From an uncultured Pseudomonadota bacterium (lineage in GTDB: Bacteria > Pseudomonadota > Gammaproteobacteria > Steroidobacterales > Steroidobacteraceae), in contig OY969778.1 of assembly GCA_963703025.1 (NCBI GenBank), positions 897,160 to 961,159 of the forward strand: a stretch of 64,000 nt of DNA. The letters are read 5' to 3'. Below are positions 10,213 through 20,635 of the stretch, in pieces. The notes under the pieces are model-generated. The model made no database searches, had not been told where the DNA came from, and saw only the letters and a program-made list of their open reading frames with translations. Every line of letters begins with the position of its first letter. Within the stretch, counting starts at the first letter, position 1. A program made the position numbers and the translations under genes.

Positions 10213-11781
10213 CTACTGCGCAGAGGCAGGCAGCACGCGCAGCTCGCCGTTGTGCAGCTGCGCCCAGCCCATCTCGCGGTGCACCCGACGCTCATCATCC
10301 AGGCTCAGGCGCCCGGTGAGGCCATCGACATTGACGTTGCCGGCGACGCCGCGATGCGCAAGTGCCTGCGAAAGCCGGAAGGCATCAAAACCGAATGCAA
10401 ACAGCCGGCCGCGGTTGGGTCCGCCGCTCGGCCACGCCTCATTGGCCTTCGCGTGCACCGCGTCGGCAAGGTCGCCCCCCAACATCCACGGCATGTCGGG
10501 AAACATCAGCCCGTCGAGGTCCTCGTTCGCCTTCATGTCAGGCTCGAAGGCATCGGATGTGGCGTAGGCGGGGATGTCCCCGGCGTAGTGGAAGCGCAGC
10601 TGCGGCCGCAGCTGTCGCTCAAGGGCCGCCTGCGCGGGCGAAAAGATGAACTCGATGTCCCCGCGGCGCCTTGGCTCGAAGTTCAGCTTGGTGCCCAGGA
10701 TCGACTCCAGGCGCTTGTGGCGCGCATTGCTCTCGCTGATGCGCAGCACCTCGGTGATGGTCGGGGAGAAGTCGGTGCGCGCCGCATCGATCTGCCCCAC
10801 GGCCAGCAGGTCACCACCGCCGGCGAGCAACTCCTGCTTGAATGCGGCCAGTACGCGCGTGCCCCATTCGCCGGATGGCACGAAGGCGACACCGCGATGG
10901 TGGTGATCCTCGAGGATGCGCCGCGCAGCCAGGCGTGCCTCGTTTTCCGGCGAGAGCGCAAACTGGTAGAAATCCGCCGGCGCCTGGCGGTCCGCGGGCA
11001 GGTAATTCAAGGCGAGCACCGCGACGCGGGTGCCAGGCAGGTCGGCCGCGGCGGTGACCTCTTCGCGCGTCAGCGGCCCGACGATGAACATCGTGCCTTC
11101 CGCTATTGCCTGCTTCATGGCATCCGCCACGCTGAGCGTACCGGTATCGTAGACGCGCACCTCCGGCCGCTCCGCCACCGGCAGCTGGTAGAGCGCCGTC
11201 ATGAAGCCGTCGCGCACGCTCGTGGCGGCCGCATTGGCGCGCCCGGTGACCGGCAGCAGCAACGCAATGGCGCCGCCGCGCGAACCGGTGCCCGTCGGCG
11301 GCTCGGCCGCAGGCGCGGGACGGGCGGCCGGCTGGGCGATCTGCCCCTGCAGGGAGTGGTACTGGGCCGCGAGCGCCGGGTCGCCCGGTACGGGAATTTG
11401 CGCGAACTGCCTGGAGGCCTGCAGGGACTGGCCACGCTCGAGGCTGAGTGAGACCCCCAGGAGTGCCTTCTCCGTGGACTGGGGCTCGGTCAGCGCTCCC
11501 TGGGTCATTGCCAGCACGCGCGCCGCATCCTCCGGCAGGTGGGCCGCGAGGTAGTCGTGCGCGGCGTGCAGCAGGTAAGTGTTGCGGTCCGGTCCGGTGG
11601 TCTGGCCGGCCAGCTGCTCGAGCACGCGGGCCGCCGCGGCGGCATCGCCCGAGTGCTCCAGCTGCTGCACCCGATCCTGCGATGGCGGCACTTCCGCCTG
11701 CGGCGGCACGCTCGGGCAGCCAGCCAGCCCCATGGCAATCAGGAGCACGGACAGACGGGCAAGCCAGCGTACGCGGAGCAT
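10213..11781 (-). CDS. lpoA: Penicillin-binding protein activator LpoA-like outer-membrane lipoprotein (522 aa)
   Basis: ATG 11781 gives MLRVRWLARLSVLLIAMGLAGC (lipobox LAGC). This is followed by a helical TPR-like N-domain and a periplasmic-binding-protein-like C-domain (GAIALLLPVTGRANAAATSVRDGF...VAVLALNYL). It is divergent from rsmI, as in E. coli. The longer ORF-track model (to 12537) is an antisense read-through of rsmI. Confidence 0.8.
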   Translation of the reverse strand: MLRVRWLARLSVLLIAMGLAGCPSVPPQAEVPPSQDRVQQLEHSGDAAAAARVLEQLAGQTTGPDRNTYLLHAAHDYLAAHLPEDAARVLAMTQGALTEPQSTEKALLGVSLSLERGQSLQASRQFAQIPVPGDPALAAQYHSLQGQIAQPAARPAPAAEPPTGTGSRGGAIALLLPVTGRANAAATSVRDGFMTALYQLPVAERPEVRVYDTGTLSVADAMKQAIAEGTMFIVGPLTREEVTAAADLPGTRVAVLALNYLPADRQAPADFYQFALSPENEARLAARRILEDHHHRGVAFVPSGEWGTRVLAAFKQELLAGGGDLLAVGQIDAARTDFSPTITEVLRISESNARHKRLESILGTKLNFEPRRRGDIEFIFSPAQAALERQLRPQLRFHYAGDIPAYATSDAFEPDMKANEDLDGLMFPDMPWMLGGDLADAVHAKANEAWPSGGPNRGRLFAFGFDAFRLSQALAHRGVAGNVNVDGLTGRLSLDDERRVHREMGWAQLHNGELRVLPASAQ

Positions 11782-11838
11782 GAGTTGAAGAGCCTCTCGT
11801 TGGCGGGCAGGATGCGTGGGCGCCGCAATGCCTGCGGC

Positions 11839-12732
11839 ATGAGGTCGGGGATTATAGTGGGCAAGGCGCGCGGCAGGCTGCAAGTCGTTGCCACCCCGAT
11901 CGGCAACCTCGCCGACCTGAGCCCGCGCGCACAGGAGGCGTTGAGCGGCGCCGACGTGATCGCCGCCGAGGACACGCGGCACACTCTGGTGCTGCTGCAG
12001 GCGATGGGCATCGCGCGCCCCATGGTGTCGCTGCACGATCACAACGAGCTGGAGCGCGTCCCGGAGCTGCTGGCCCGCCTGGCCGCCGGGCAGACCGTGG
12101 CCCTGGTGAGTGATGCGGGCACGCCGCTGTTGTCCGACCCGGGCTTCGAACTGGTGCGCCAGGCAAGCGCGGCAGGCTACGAGGTCAATGCCATTCCCGG
12201 ACCGTCGGCGATCACCACCGCGCTGGCGGCGGCAGGACTGCCGGCGCGGCGCTTCTGCTTCGAGGGCTTCCTGCCCGCGCGCGAGCGTGAGCGCCGTGCC
12301 GTGCTCGCCGCCCTGGCGCGCGAGCCGCGGACGCTGGTGTTCTTCGAGGCCCCGCACCGCATCGCGGCGATGCTCGCCGACATGGCGGCCGAGTTCGGCG
12401 GCGAGCGCGCCGCGGTGGTCGCGCGCGAACTGACCAAGATGCATGAGACGTTCTATCGCGGCACGCTCGCGCAGCTGGTGCAGCGGGCAGCGACGGAAGA
12501 GAATTTCTCGCGCGGGGAGATCACCGTGGTGGTGCACGGGGCGCCCGAGGCTGCCGCCGACGGCGTGGACGAGGCACAGCTGCGCCGCACGGTCGAGGTG
12601 CTGCTGCGCGAGCTACCGCCGGGGCGTGCCGCGGCCGTGGCCGCACAGCTCACCGGTGCGCCCCGCGCGAGCGCCTATGCCCTTGCCCTCAGGCGCGGCG
12701 AACCCACGCAGGAGCCCGAATCGCCGCCCTAG
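11839..12732 (+). CDS. rsmI: 16S rRNA (cytidine1402-2'-O)-methyltransferase RsmI
   Basis: GRLQVVATPIGNLADLSPRAQEALSGADVIAAEDTRHT and VSDAGTPLLSDPGFELV show the tetrapyrrole-methylase fold, as in RsmI. The start is taken at ATG 11839; GTG 11857 is an alternative. Confidence 0.85.
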   Translation: MRSGIIVGKARGRLQVVATPIGNLADLSPRAQEALSGADVIAAEDTRHTLVLLQAMGIARPMVSLHDHNELERVPELLARLAAGQTVALVSDAGTPLLSDPGFELVRQASAAGYEVNAIPGPSAITTALAAAGLPARRFCFEGFLPARERERRAVLAALAREPRTLVFFEAPHRIAAMLADMAAEFGGERAAVVARELTKMHETFYRGTLAQLVQRAATEENFSRGEITVVVHGAPEAAADGVDEAQLRRTVEVLLRELPPGRAAAVAAQLTGAPRASAYALALRRGEPTQEPESPP

Positions 12733-12800
12733 AGCCCTTCGGGGCGAGCCTGCGGCGCTTTCGGTTGACTTACGGCCCCGCCCCCGTAGGCTCTCGCGCT

Positions 12801-13178
<378 letters not shown>

Positions 13179-13188
13179 TCTGTCCACC

Positions 13189-13218
13189 GCGACCCACCGG
13201 CCCGTGCCGGTGGGTCGC
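13189..13218. terminator. Perfect 13-bp hairpin between rnpB and the convergent amidohydrolase gene (bidirectional terminator candidate)
   Basis: GCGACCCACCGGC ccgt GCCGGTGGGTCGC. It sits 11 nt after the rnpB 3' end and 2 nt from the amidohydrolase stop. A short T-run (TTTTC) precedes it on the plus strand. Confidence 0.6.
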
Positions 13219-13219
13219 C

Positions 13220-14682
13220 TCAGTGGAGCGGCAATGCCGCGCGCTCCGCGGCCACGCGTCGGGCCACATCCTCGAGCATCGCATCCAGCGCGGGGCGCCT
13301 GAACACGCGACACGCAGAATCACCGTGTCGATCTGGCGCGTCGCCCGGATGCCCTGCAGCGGGTTGGCATTCAGCAGCACGAGGTCCGCAGTCTTGCCGG
13401 CGGCCAGGCTGCCGGTGGTGGCGGCGTGACCCAGGAACTGCGCACCGTTGATGGTCGCCGCCCGCAGAGCCTGCAGCGCGGTGAGGCCGGCACCGACGAA
13501 CAGCGCGAGTTCCTCGTGCAGGGCAATGCCGGGGTAATTGTATGAGTTGAGATAACCGGAGTCGGTGCCGGCCAGCAGCAGCACGCCCGCCTGCTGCAGC
13601 ATCGGCAGCGTCGCTGCCATGCGCTCGTAGTGCGCGTGCCGCCGGTTCACGGCCGCCGCATCGTCCCTGGCAGCGCGCTGAACGCGCCAGGCATAGGTGG
13701 CCTCAAGTTCCGGGCCGATGTACTTCAGGTAGTCATCGCGCGCGTGCGTGTCCTCATCCAGGTAGGCGATCACGTGGCTGATGTGCAGCGTCGGGGTAAC
13801 CGCGGTGCCGCGCGCCGCCAGACGCGCGTACGCGGCCTGGGCAGTCGCCGGATCGAATGTGTCTGCCAGCTGCGCCCAGGCCTGCGCGCGGGTCAGCGAT
13901 CCTGCCCGCACCTGTTGTGCAATCGCCGACTCCTGCGTGGAGCCGGCCTTGTAGGCGTAGTCGAGGTGTTCGATTGAACTGAGGCCCGCCGCGCTCGCCT
14001 CATCGATCGTCACCGCCAGCGGCACGTGCGCGGAAGTTTTAAGGCCGCGCGCGTGCGCCTCGGCGACGGCCTGCAGAAACAGGTCCGGCGCAAGCTTGTC
14101 ATCGGTGAGCTTGACGAAGTCGGCCTGCCACTGCTGCAGGCGGTCCAGCGCCGCCAGCATCTGCTCGCGCGTGCCGACCTCCTGCGTGCCGTGCCACATG
14201 GTGCCGGGGCCTTCGATCTTGGGCCCGGAGGTGTAGATGGTCGGCCCGAGCAGCTCGCCGGCGGCAACCTCGGCGCGCCACTGGAAGACGCGGGCGGCGA
14301 TGTCACCGGCGGCATCGCGCACGCTGGTGATGCCATGGGCGACATACAGCGGCAGCAGGTTGCGGTTCTCCTCGATCAGCTCCGCATCCGCGCCGCGCGC
14401 GTCACCGCCGCCGAAGTGCACGTGCATGTCCCACAGGCCGGGGATGGCGAATTTGCCGGCGCCATCGACGACGGTGTCCGCCTGCCACCTGGCGTGCACG
14501 GCCGCAGGCCTGATCGCCACAATGTGGCCGGCCCGCACGGCGATGTCCTGGTCCGGCAGCACCTGTCCGGCCACGACGTCCACCACGTTTGCGTGGCGCA
14601 CCAGCACGTCCACGCGCTCAGCACCACCGGCGGCAGTGGCGCACAGCACGCCCAGCAGCACCCACGCGCCACCGGCGCGCAT
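13220..14682 (-). pseudogene. Secreted metal-dependent amidohydrolase-family protein; one frame break near the 3' end
   Basis: Signal-like N-terminus MRAGGAWVLLGVLCATAAGGA. It carries GLWDMHVHF (HxH metal motif), ...SIEHLDY and ...LLAGTDSGY. Readable sequence continues in another frame after ...IDTVILR as VFRRPALDAMLEDVARRVAAERAALPLH-TGA (stop 13220-13222). The ORF-track model running on to 12937 crosses rnpB and is spurious. Confidence 0.75.
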
Positions 14683-15091
14683 TACTTGACGACTTTGAGC
14701 TGCGGACGGCGCGGTGCGCCCTCATCGGTGCTGGTGGGCCGGCTCGGCGGCTCGGGACCTAGGTCCTGCTCGGAGAACACCATGCCCTCGCCGGTCTCGC
14801 GTGCGTAGATGCCCAGCACCGCGCTCACCGGGAAGCGCACGTGGTGCACCAGGCCGGCGAAGCGCGCATCGAACTGCACCTCGTCCGCGCCCATGGCCAG
14901 CCGCTGCGTGGCGCTCAACCTGAGGTTGAGCACGATCTTGCCTTCCTTGACGTAGGCGCGCGGCACCTCGATGCCCCGGCCGCGGCATCGACGATCACGT
15001 GCGGCGTGTTGCCGCAGTCGGAGATCCATCGATGCATGGCACGCAACAGGTAGGGACGTTTGGGCAGGGCCTTGCTCACCGTTCCTAGCAT
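14682..15091 (-). pseudogene. sspB: ClpXP adaptor / stringent starvation protein B SspB; one frame break
   Basis: ATG 15091 gives MLGTVSKALPKRPYLLRAMHRWISDCGNTPHVIVDAAA. The sequence then continues in another frame as RGIEVPRAYVKEGKIVLNLRLSATQRL...VLGIYARETGEGMVF. The break is consistent with loss of one C in a C-run (GCGGCCGGGGC). The acidic/Pro-rich tail ends LKVVK. Confidence 0.85.
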
Positions 15092-15095
15092 ACGA

Positions 15096-15724
15096 CTACA
15101 GGAGTCGCATCTCCTGTTCGCGTTCCGAGAGGGCCTCGCGGAAGGCCGGGCGCGAAAACACCAGCTGTGCGTACTTGATCGATCGCCTGCGCCTGCGGGG
15201 GCAGGTCGATCTCGTAGTACGGCAGCCGCCACAGCACCGGCGCGATGCGTCGCATCCACGAGCGAGAACTCGTCGGACAGAAAGTACGGCTTGATCTTGA
15301 ACAAGCTCGGTGCTCTGCAGGATGGTGTCGCGCAGGATCTTCTTCAGCTTCACCGTCTGCTTCTTGTCCGGCTCGGTGTCGATCTGGCTGCGACCAGGCG
15401 TACCAGTCGCGCTCGATCCGGTACAGCGCCAGGCGAAACTGCGCGCGCGTCACCGGGTCCACCGGCATCAGCGGGCGGATGCGGGAAGCGCTCATCCAGG
15501 TATTCGATGATCACGCGCGAGTCGTAGAGCACGAGGTCGCGATCCACCAGCGTCGGCACGCTGTGGTACGGGTTGAGGTCCAGCAGGTCCTCGGGGAACT
15601 TCGCCGCCTCGACACTGACGATGTCGATGCTGATGCCCTTCTCAGCCAGCACGATGCGCGTGCGATGGCTCCACGGGTCATTCGGCGCGGAGAACAGCGT
15701 CATGATGGATCGTCTGCTCGACAA
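15096..15724 (-). pseudogene. sspA: Stringent starvation protein A SspA (GST-like); several frame breaks
   Basis: Fragments in order: MSSRRSIMTLFSAPNDPWSHRTRIVLAEKGISIDIV...LNPYHSVPTLVDRDLVLYDSRVIIEYLDERFPHPP; LMPVDPVTRAQFRLALYRIERDWY; KPYFLSDEFSLVD; APVLWRLPYYEIDLP; VFSRPAFREALSEREQEMRLL. These are collinear with E. coli SspA. Confidence 0.88.
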
Positions 15725-15788
15725 ATTGCGCTCCTGCGACCGGCCGGACTGAAAGCGCCGGCGCGCCTCCTGCGCCCCGGCCGACGCC

Positions 15789-16595
15789 CTAGTGGACGTC
15801 CTTCCAGTATTCCTGCTTCACCAGCCAGGCAAGCCAGGTGAACACCAGCAGGAACAGCACGACCCAGACGCCCAGATCACGCCGCGCCGCCTGGGTCGGC
15901 TCGCCGACGTAGTCAAGGAAGTTCACCGTGTCGCGCACGAAGTCATCGTACTCCGCGGGCGACAGGCGCCCGGGCGCCACGGTCTCGAAGTGATCGAAGA
16001 CCTGCTCGTGCGCGACCTCACCGCCCTCGCCCTTCTTCTCGACGTTCTTGTACACCGCACGCTTGACGCCCTCGAGCTCTGAGAGCACGTGCGGCATGGC
16101 CGTCGTCGGCAGGCGCAGGTTATTCGCCCCGGTCTGGCGCGTCGGGTCGATGTAGAAGGTCTTCAGGAACTGGTAGAGGTAGTCACGGCCGCGCGAACGC
16201 GCCATGAGCGACAGGTCCGGCGGGGTCTTGCCGAACCAGTTCGCCGCATCCGCCGCCGGCATGGTGGTGAGGATGTACTGCGTGTCCTTGTCCCCCGGCG
16301 GGCATCAGGTCCTTCTGCAGCAGGGTCGGCGGGATCTTAAGGTCGGCGCCCAGGCGCGACCAGCGCTCGTACTTCAGCGAGTGACAGCCGAGGCAATAGT
16401 TGGCGAAGTTGCGCGCGCCGCGCTGCGCCGAGGCGCAAGTCGGTGACATTGTTGTTGGCGTGCCAGTGCTGCCAGTCGGCACCGCTCTTGGCACCCGCCT
16501 CACCCTCGACCGGGGCCTCCGCCGCCCAGGCGGTCGCCGGTGATCAGCACGGCGGCCACCAGGGCCACGCTGCGCCAGGCCTGCATGGTCCGCAT
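15789..16595 (-). pseudogene. petC: Cytochrome c1 subunit of ubiquinol-cytochrome c reductase; frame breaks
   Basis: ATG 16595 sits 1 nt after the petB stop. The heme motif ANYCLGCHSLKY (CxxCH) is in fragment 16183-16503. The C-terminal fragment 15789-16262 carries ...MPHVLSE... and the TM anchor VVLFLLVFTWLAWLV. Confidence 0.85.
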
Positions 16596-16596
16596 C

Positions 16597-17874
16597 TCAG
16601 TGCGCATGGTAGGTCACTCTCTCGGGAACGGGCGCACCTTGTCTATGCTCGAGTAAACCGGCATGAGCAAGAAGAACAGGAAGTAAATCGACGGCAAAGC
16701 CCCGGGCGAGCCACACGTACAGTCCCTCCGCCGGCTGCAGGCCGAGGTAGCCGAGCGCAATGAAGGACACCACGAACAGCGTGAGCGCGGTGCGTGAGAT
16801 CCAGCCGCGGTAGCGCATGGACTTCACCGGCGAGCGATCCAGCCACGGCAGGAACAGGAACAGCACCACCGCCAGGCCCATCAGCAGCGCGCCCAGGCGC
16901 TGATCCGGCACGGCGCGCAGGATCGCGTAGTAGGGCGTGAAGTACCACACCGGCGCGATGTGCTCGGGGGTGGACATCGGGTTGGCCGGATCGAAGTTCG
17001 GCGCCTCGAGGAACAAACCCGCCGAAGGTCGGCACGAAGAACACCACGATCGCGAACAGGATGAAGAACACCCCCACGCCGAAGATGTCCTTCACCGTGT
17101 AGTACGGATGGAAGGGGATGCCGTCGAGCGGCTTGCCGTCCGTGCCCAGCTTTTCCTTGATCTCGATGCCGTCGGGGTTGTTCGAGCCGGTGCGGCGCAG
17201 CGCCACCAGATGCAGCACCACCAGCAGCAGCAGGCCCAGCGGAATCGCCACGACGTGCAGGGCGAAGAAGCGGTTCAGGGTGGCATCGGCGATGCCGTAG
17301 TCGCCGCGGATCCACTCGACCAGGCCGCGGGCCCGATCGGCCGGGAATGGTGCCGAACAGGTTCACGATCACCTGCGCGCCCCAGAACGACATGTTGCCC
17401 CAGGGCAGCACGTAGCCCATGAAGGCCTCGGCCATGAGCGCGAGGTACACGAGCATGCCGACGATCCACAGCAGCTCGCGCGGCGTCTTGTACGAGCCGT
17501 ACAGGAAGCGCGCGGAACATGTGCAGGTAGACGACGATGAAGAACGCCGAGGCGCCGGTGGAATGCAGGTAGCGGATCAGCCAACCGAAGTTGACCTCGC
17601 GCATGATGTATTCGACCGAGTCGAACGAGGTCAGCTCGCCCGGCTTGTAGAACATCGTGAGGAAGATGCCCGTGACCAGCTGCAGCACCAGCACGACCAG
17701 GGCGAGCGAGCCGAAGAAGTACCAGATGTTGAAGTTCTTCGGCGCGTAATAGCCGGTCAACTGCTCGGCGATGAACTCATCGACCGGCAGGCGCTTGTTG
17801 ATCCAGCCCCACAGGCCCTTCTTGGCCGGCGCCGTGGCAGCCGGCGTTGCGCCACTGACATTGTTCGTGGCCAT
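16597..17874 (-). pseudogene. petB: Cytochrome b subunit of the bc1 complex; frame breaks
   Basis: The N-terminal fragment (17275-17874) reads ...NIWYFFGSLALVVLVLQLVTGIFLTMFYKP...[25 protein letters not shown]. Later fragments read ...[19 protein letters not shown]..., ...[20 protein letters not shown]... and ...[20 protein letters not shown].... Confidence 0.88.
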
Positions 17875-18484
17875 CAGGCGGCTCCCTTCCCGTCGCTGCC
17901 CACCACGAGCGTGCGCTCGTTCGGATAGGAGTACGGCGGCACCCGCAGGTTGATCGAGGCCGGCGAACCCTGGAACACCCGACCGGCCAGGTCAAAGCGC
18001 GAGCCGTGGCACGGGCAGAAGAAGCCACCCGGCCAGCTCGGGTCAGAGGTCGCCCGCGGCGAAGCGCTGCTTGGGCAGGCAGCCCAGGTGCGTGCAGGTA
18101 CCCACCAGCACCAGGAACTCGTCGCTGCGCGCGCGCACCGCGTTCTTGGCGTACGGCGGGCTGGTCCGAATCCTTGGATTCCGGGTCCTTCAGGTCGCCG
18201 TCGTGGCCGGCGATGCGCTTCACCATGTCCGGCGTGCGGCGCACGACATAGATCGGTGAGCGGCGCCACACGGTGGTGGCCATCTGTCCGGGCTCCAGCT
18301 TGGAGAGGTCCATCTCGGTGGGCGCACCCTGCGCGCGGGCGCGCTCGGAGGGTGCCCAGGACTCGATGAAGGGAACCACCGCCAATGCGGCCCCGACTGC
18401 CCCGGTGGCGATCGTCGCCCGGGTGAGAAACTTGCGTCGGCTCAAGTCGACTTGCTCGTCGGCGACGACTGCGTGATCCGCCAT
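17874..18484 (-). pseudogene. petA: Rieske iron-sulfur subunit of the bc1 complex; frame breaks
   Basis: ATG 18484 gives MADHAVVADEQVDLSRRKFLTRATIATGAVGA (Tat-like RRKF). It continues ...MATTVWRRSPIYVVRRTPDMV. The C-terminal fragment carries GGFFCPCHGSRFDLAGRV (Rieske box II). The stop overlaps the petB ATG by 1 nt (TGATG). Confidence 0.85.
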
Positions 18485-18673
18485 TCCAACCCTCGCTGCG
18501 TTTGACTGCTCACCCACCACTGCGCATTCCGCGTCCTCGGCGCCTCCAGCGCTTTGGCCGGGACACGCGCGATTTCGTACCTTGCGGGGGGGCGGCGCAT
18601 TATACACATACGAATACCCCCTCTCAGGCGCGCTTGAGCGCTCGCGCGCCAGGGATTCGTGGAGACATTAAGG

Positions 18674-19810
18674 ATGCTGAACCGCCTGGGCCGCGGCCTG
18701 ATCTTCGTTGCCGGCTCGGTGGTCGGGGGACTCGCCCTCGCCTTCCTGATCATCGCGGTGCGCCCGGACCTGATCCGCCCGGCGACGGGCACCGCGCCGG
18801 TGCCGGTGGCCGCCGCCGCGGTCGCCACGGCACCCGGGCCTGCCCGCGTCACCTACGCGGCGGCGGTCCAGCATGCAGCCCCCGCGGTGGTCAACGTGTA
18901 CACCGCACGCCTGGTGACCGAACGCGTGGCCCCCTCGGTCGGGGAGCTGTTCGGGGACTACATGCCGCGCTACCGCCAGCGGATCGAGCGCAGCCTGGGC
19001 TCCGGGGTGATCGTGGATACCGCCGGCCACATCGTCACCAACCACCACGTCATCGCCAACGCCGACTCGGTGCGCGTGCAACTGGCCGACGGGCGCGTGG
19101 CGGACGCACGCATCGTGGGACGCGACCCGGACACCGACCTGGCGGTGCTCAAGATCGACCTGACGCCCCTGCCGGTGGCCGACTTCGGCCGCTCGGACCT
19201 CTTAAAGGTGGGCGACGTGGTGCTGGCGATCGGCAACCCGGTAGGCCTGTCGCAGACGGTCACCCACGGCATCGTCAGTGCCACCAGCCGCCAGCAACTG
19301 GGGATCGCGCCCCTGGAGGACTTCATCCAGACCGACGCGCCGATCAACTTCGGCAACTCCGGCGGTGCGCTGATCGACTCCAGCGGCATGCTGATCGGCA
19401 TCAACACGGCCATCGTCGCCAAGAACATCGGGGTCGAGGGGATCGGCTTTGCGATCCCGGTGAACATGGTGCGCGGGGTCATGGATGAGATCATCGCCCA
19501 CGGCCGCGTCATCCGCGGCTGGATCGGGATCATCCCGGAGGACCTGTCCCAGGAGCAGGCCGAGCAACTGCGCCTGGCACAGTCCGGCGTGGTGATCGGC
19601 AACCTCTATGTGGGCAGCCCGGCGCAGAAGGCCGGACTTCTGCCCGGGGACCTGCTGCTGATGATCGACGGCGTCGCCCCGCACAGTGCACAGGATGCCC
19701 TTGGCCGGATCGCCGCGCACAAGCCCGGCAGTACGACGCGCGTGCGCGCGCTGCGCGCAGGCCGTACCTTTGAGGTTGTGGCCCAGGTCAGCGAAAGGCC
19801 CCGTTCCTGA
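18674..19810 (+). CDS. DegS/AlgW-like periplasmic serine endoprotease (S1C/HtrA family, one PDZ)
   Basis: N-terminal TM anchor LIFVAGSVVGGLALAFLIIAV. Triad contexts are GHIVTNHHVI, DPDTDLAVLKI and FGNSGGALID. A single C-terminal PDZ-like region reads GVVIGNLYVGSPAQKAGLLPGDLLLMIDG. The frame is intact. GTG 18659 is an alternative start. Confidence 0.85.
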   Translation: MLNRLGRGLIFVAGSVVGGLALAFLIIAVRPDLIRPATGTAPVPVAAAAVATAPGPARVTYAAAVQHAAPAVVNVYTARLVTERVAPSVGELFGDYMPRYRQRIERSLGSGVIVDTAGHIVTNHHVIANADSVRVQLADGRVADARIVGRDPDTDLAVLKIDLTPLPVADFGRSDLLKVGDVVLAIGNPVGLSQTVTHGIVSATSRQQLGIAPLEDFIQTDAPINFGNSGGALIDSSGMLIGINTAIVAKNIGVEGIGFAIPVNMVRGVMDEIIAHGRVIRGWIGIIPEDLSQEQAEQLRLAQSGVVIGNLYVGSPAQKAGLLPGDLLLMIDGVAPHSAQDALGRIAAHKPGSTTRVRALRAGRTFEVVAQVSERPRS

Positions 19811-20481
19811 TGACAAAACTTGCCCTGCTCAGATTCGACTCGCGCGCGCAGCTGGATGCGGCGCTCACGCAGCGCCTGCTCACAGCCCTGGAGGTGCGCG
19901 GCCCGTCCGCACTGATGCTCTCTGGCGGCAGTACCCCCATGCCCGCCTACCGTGCTGCCGCGCGATCCCTGGGCGCGCACGATGACCGCCTGCACGTGCT
20001 GTTCAGCGATGACCGCTATGTGCCCGCCGATGCCGCTGCCAGCAATTTCTTCCAGTCCACAGCGCTGCTGGAGGCGCTCGACCTCCCGGACGAGTCGCTG
20101 CTGCGGGTGCGCACGCAGCTGCCGCTCGAGCAGGCCGCCGTGGACTACGACCGCCAGCTCGCCGCGCTGCTCAGTGCCGGCGTGCGCATCGGCCTGGGAC
20201 TGCTCGGACTGGGCGCCGACGGGCACACCGCCTCGCTGTTCAGCAGCGCCGATCTTGAGCGCGCTTCCGATCACTACGCGATCGCGGTGCAGCGCCCCGA
20301 CGGGATGTCGGCGGTCAGCGTCACGCCCGCGCTGCTTGCCACGATCGCCGAGCCGGTGTTCGTGCTGGCGGGTCCCGACAAGAAGCAGGCGCTCGAGCGC
20401 CTGCTGCGGCAGGACCCGACACTGATCGCGTGGCGCGCCGTGCAGGGGTGCGCGAAGGTGGAGCTGTGGGTATCTCCATGA
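19810..20481 (+). CDS. pgl: 6-phosphogluconolactonase
   Basis: LMLSGGSTPMPAY, FSDDRYV and GLLGLGADGHTASLFS are the signature blocks of the Pgl/NagB-fold lactonases. 223 aa, intact. Confidence 0.8.
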   Translation: MTKLALLRFDSRAQLDAALTQRLLTALEVRGPSALMLSGGSTPMPAYRAAARSLGAHDDRLHVLFSDDRYVPADAAASNFFQSTALLEALDLPDESLLRVRTQLPLEQAAVDYDRQLAALLSAGVRIGLGLLGLGADGHTASLFSSADLERASDHYAIAVQRPDGMSAVSVTPALLATIAEPVFVLAGPDKKQALERLLRQDPTLIAWRAVQGCAKVELWVSP

Positions 20482-20635
20482 CCAACTGGTGAACACTGAC
20501 GTCGTCGCCAGCCTCACGTATGCTTCGGTGACTTCTCAGGCGCAGCAGCCGCGCAGGCAGCGCCGGTGACAATGGGCTGAATACGCCGGCTCAACTTAAC
20601 TGGCGCCAAACTGCCCCGGCTGCACTCATATATAG

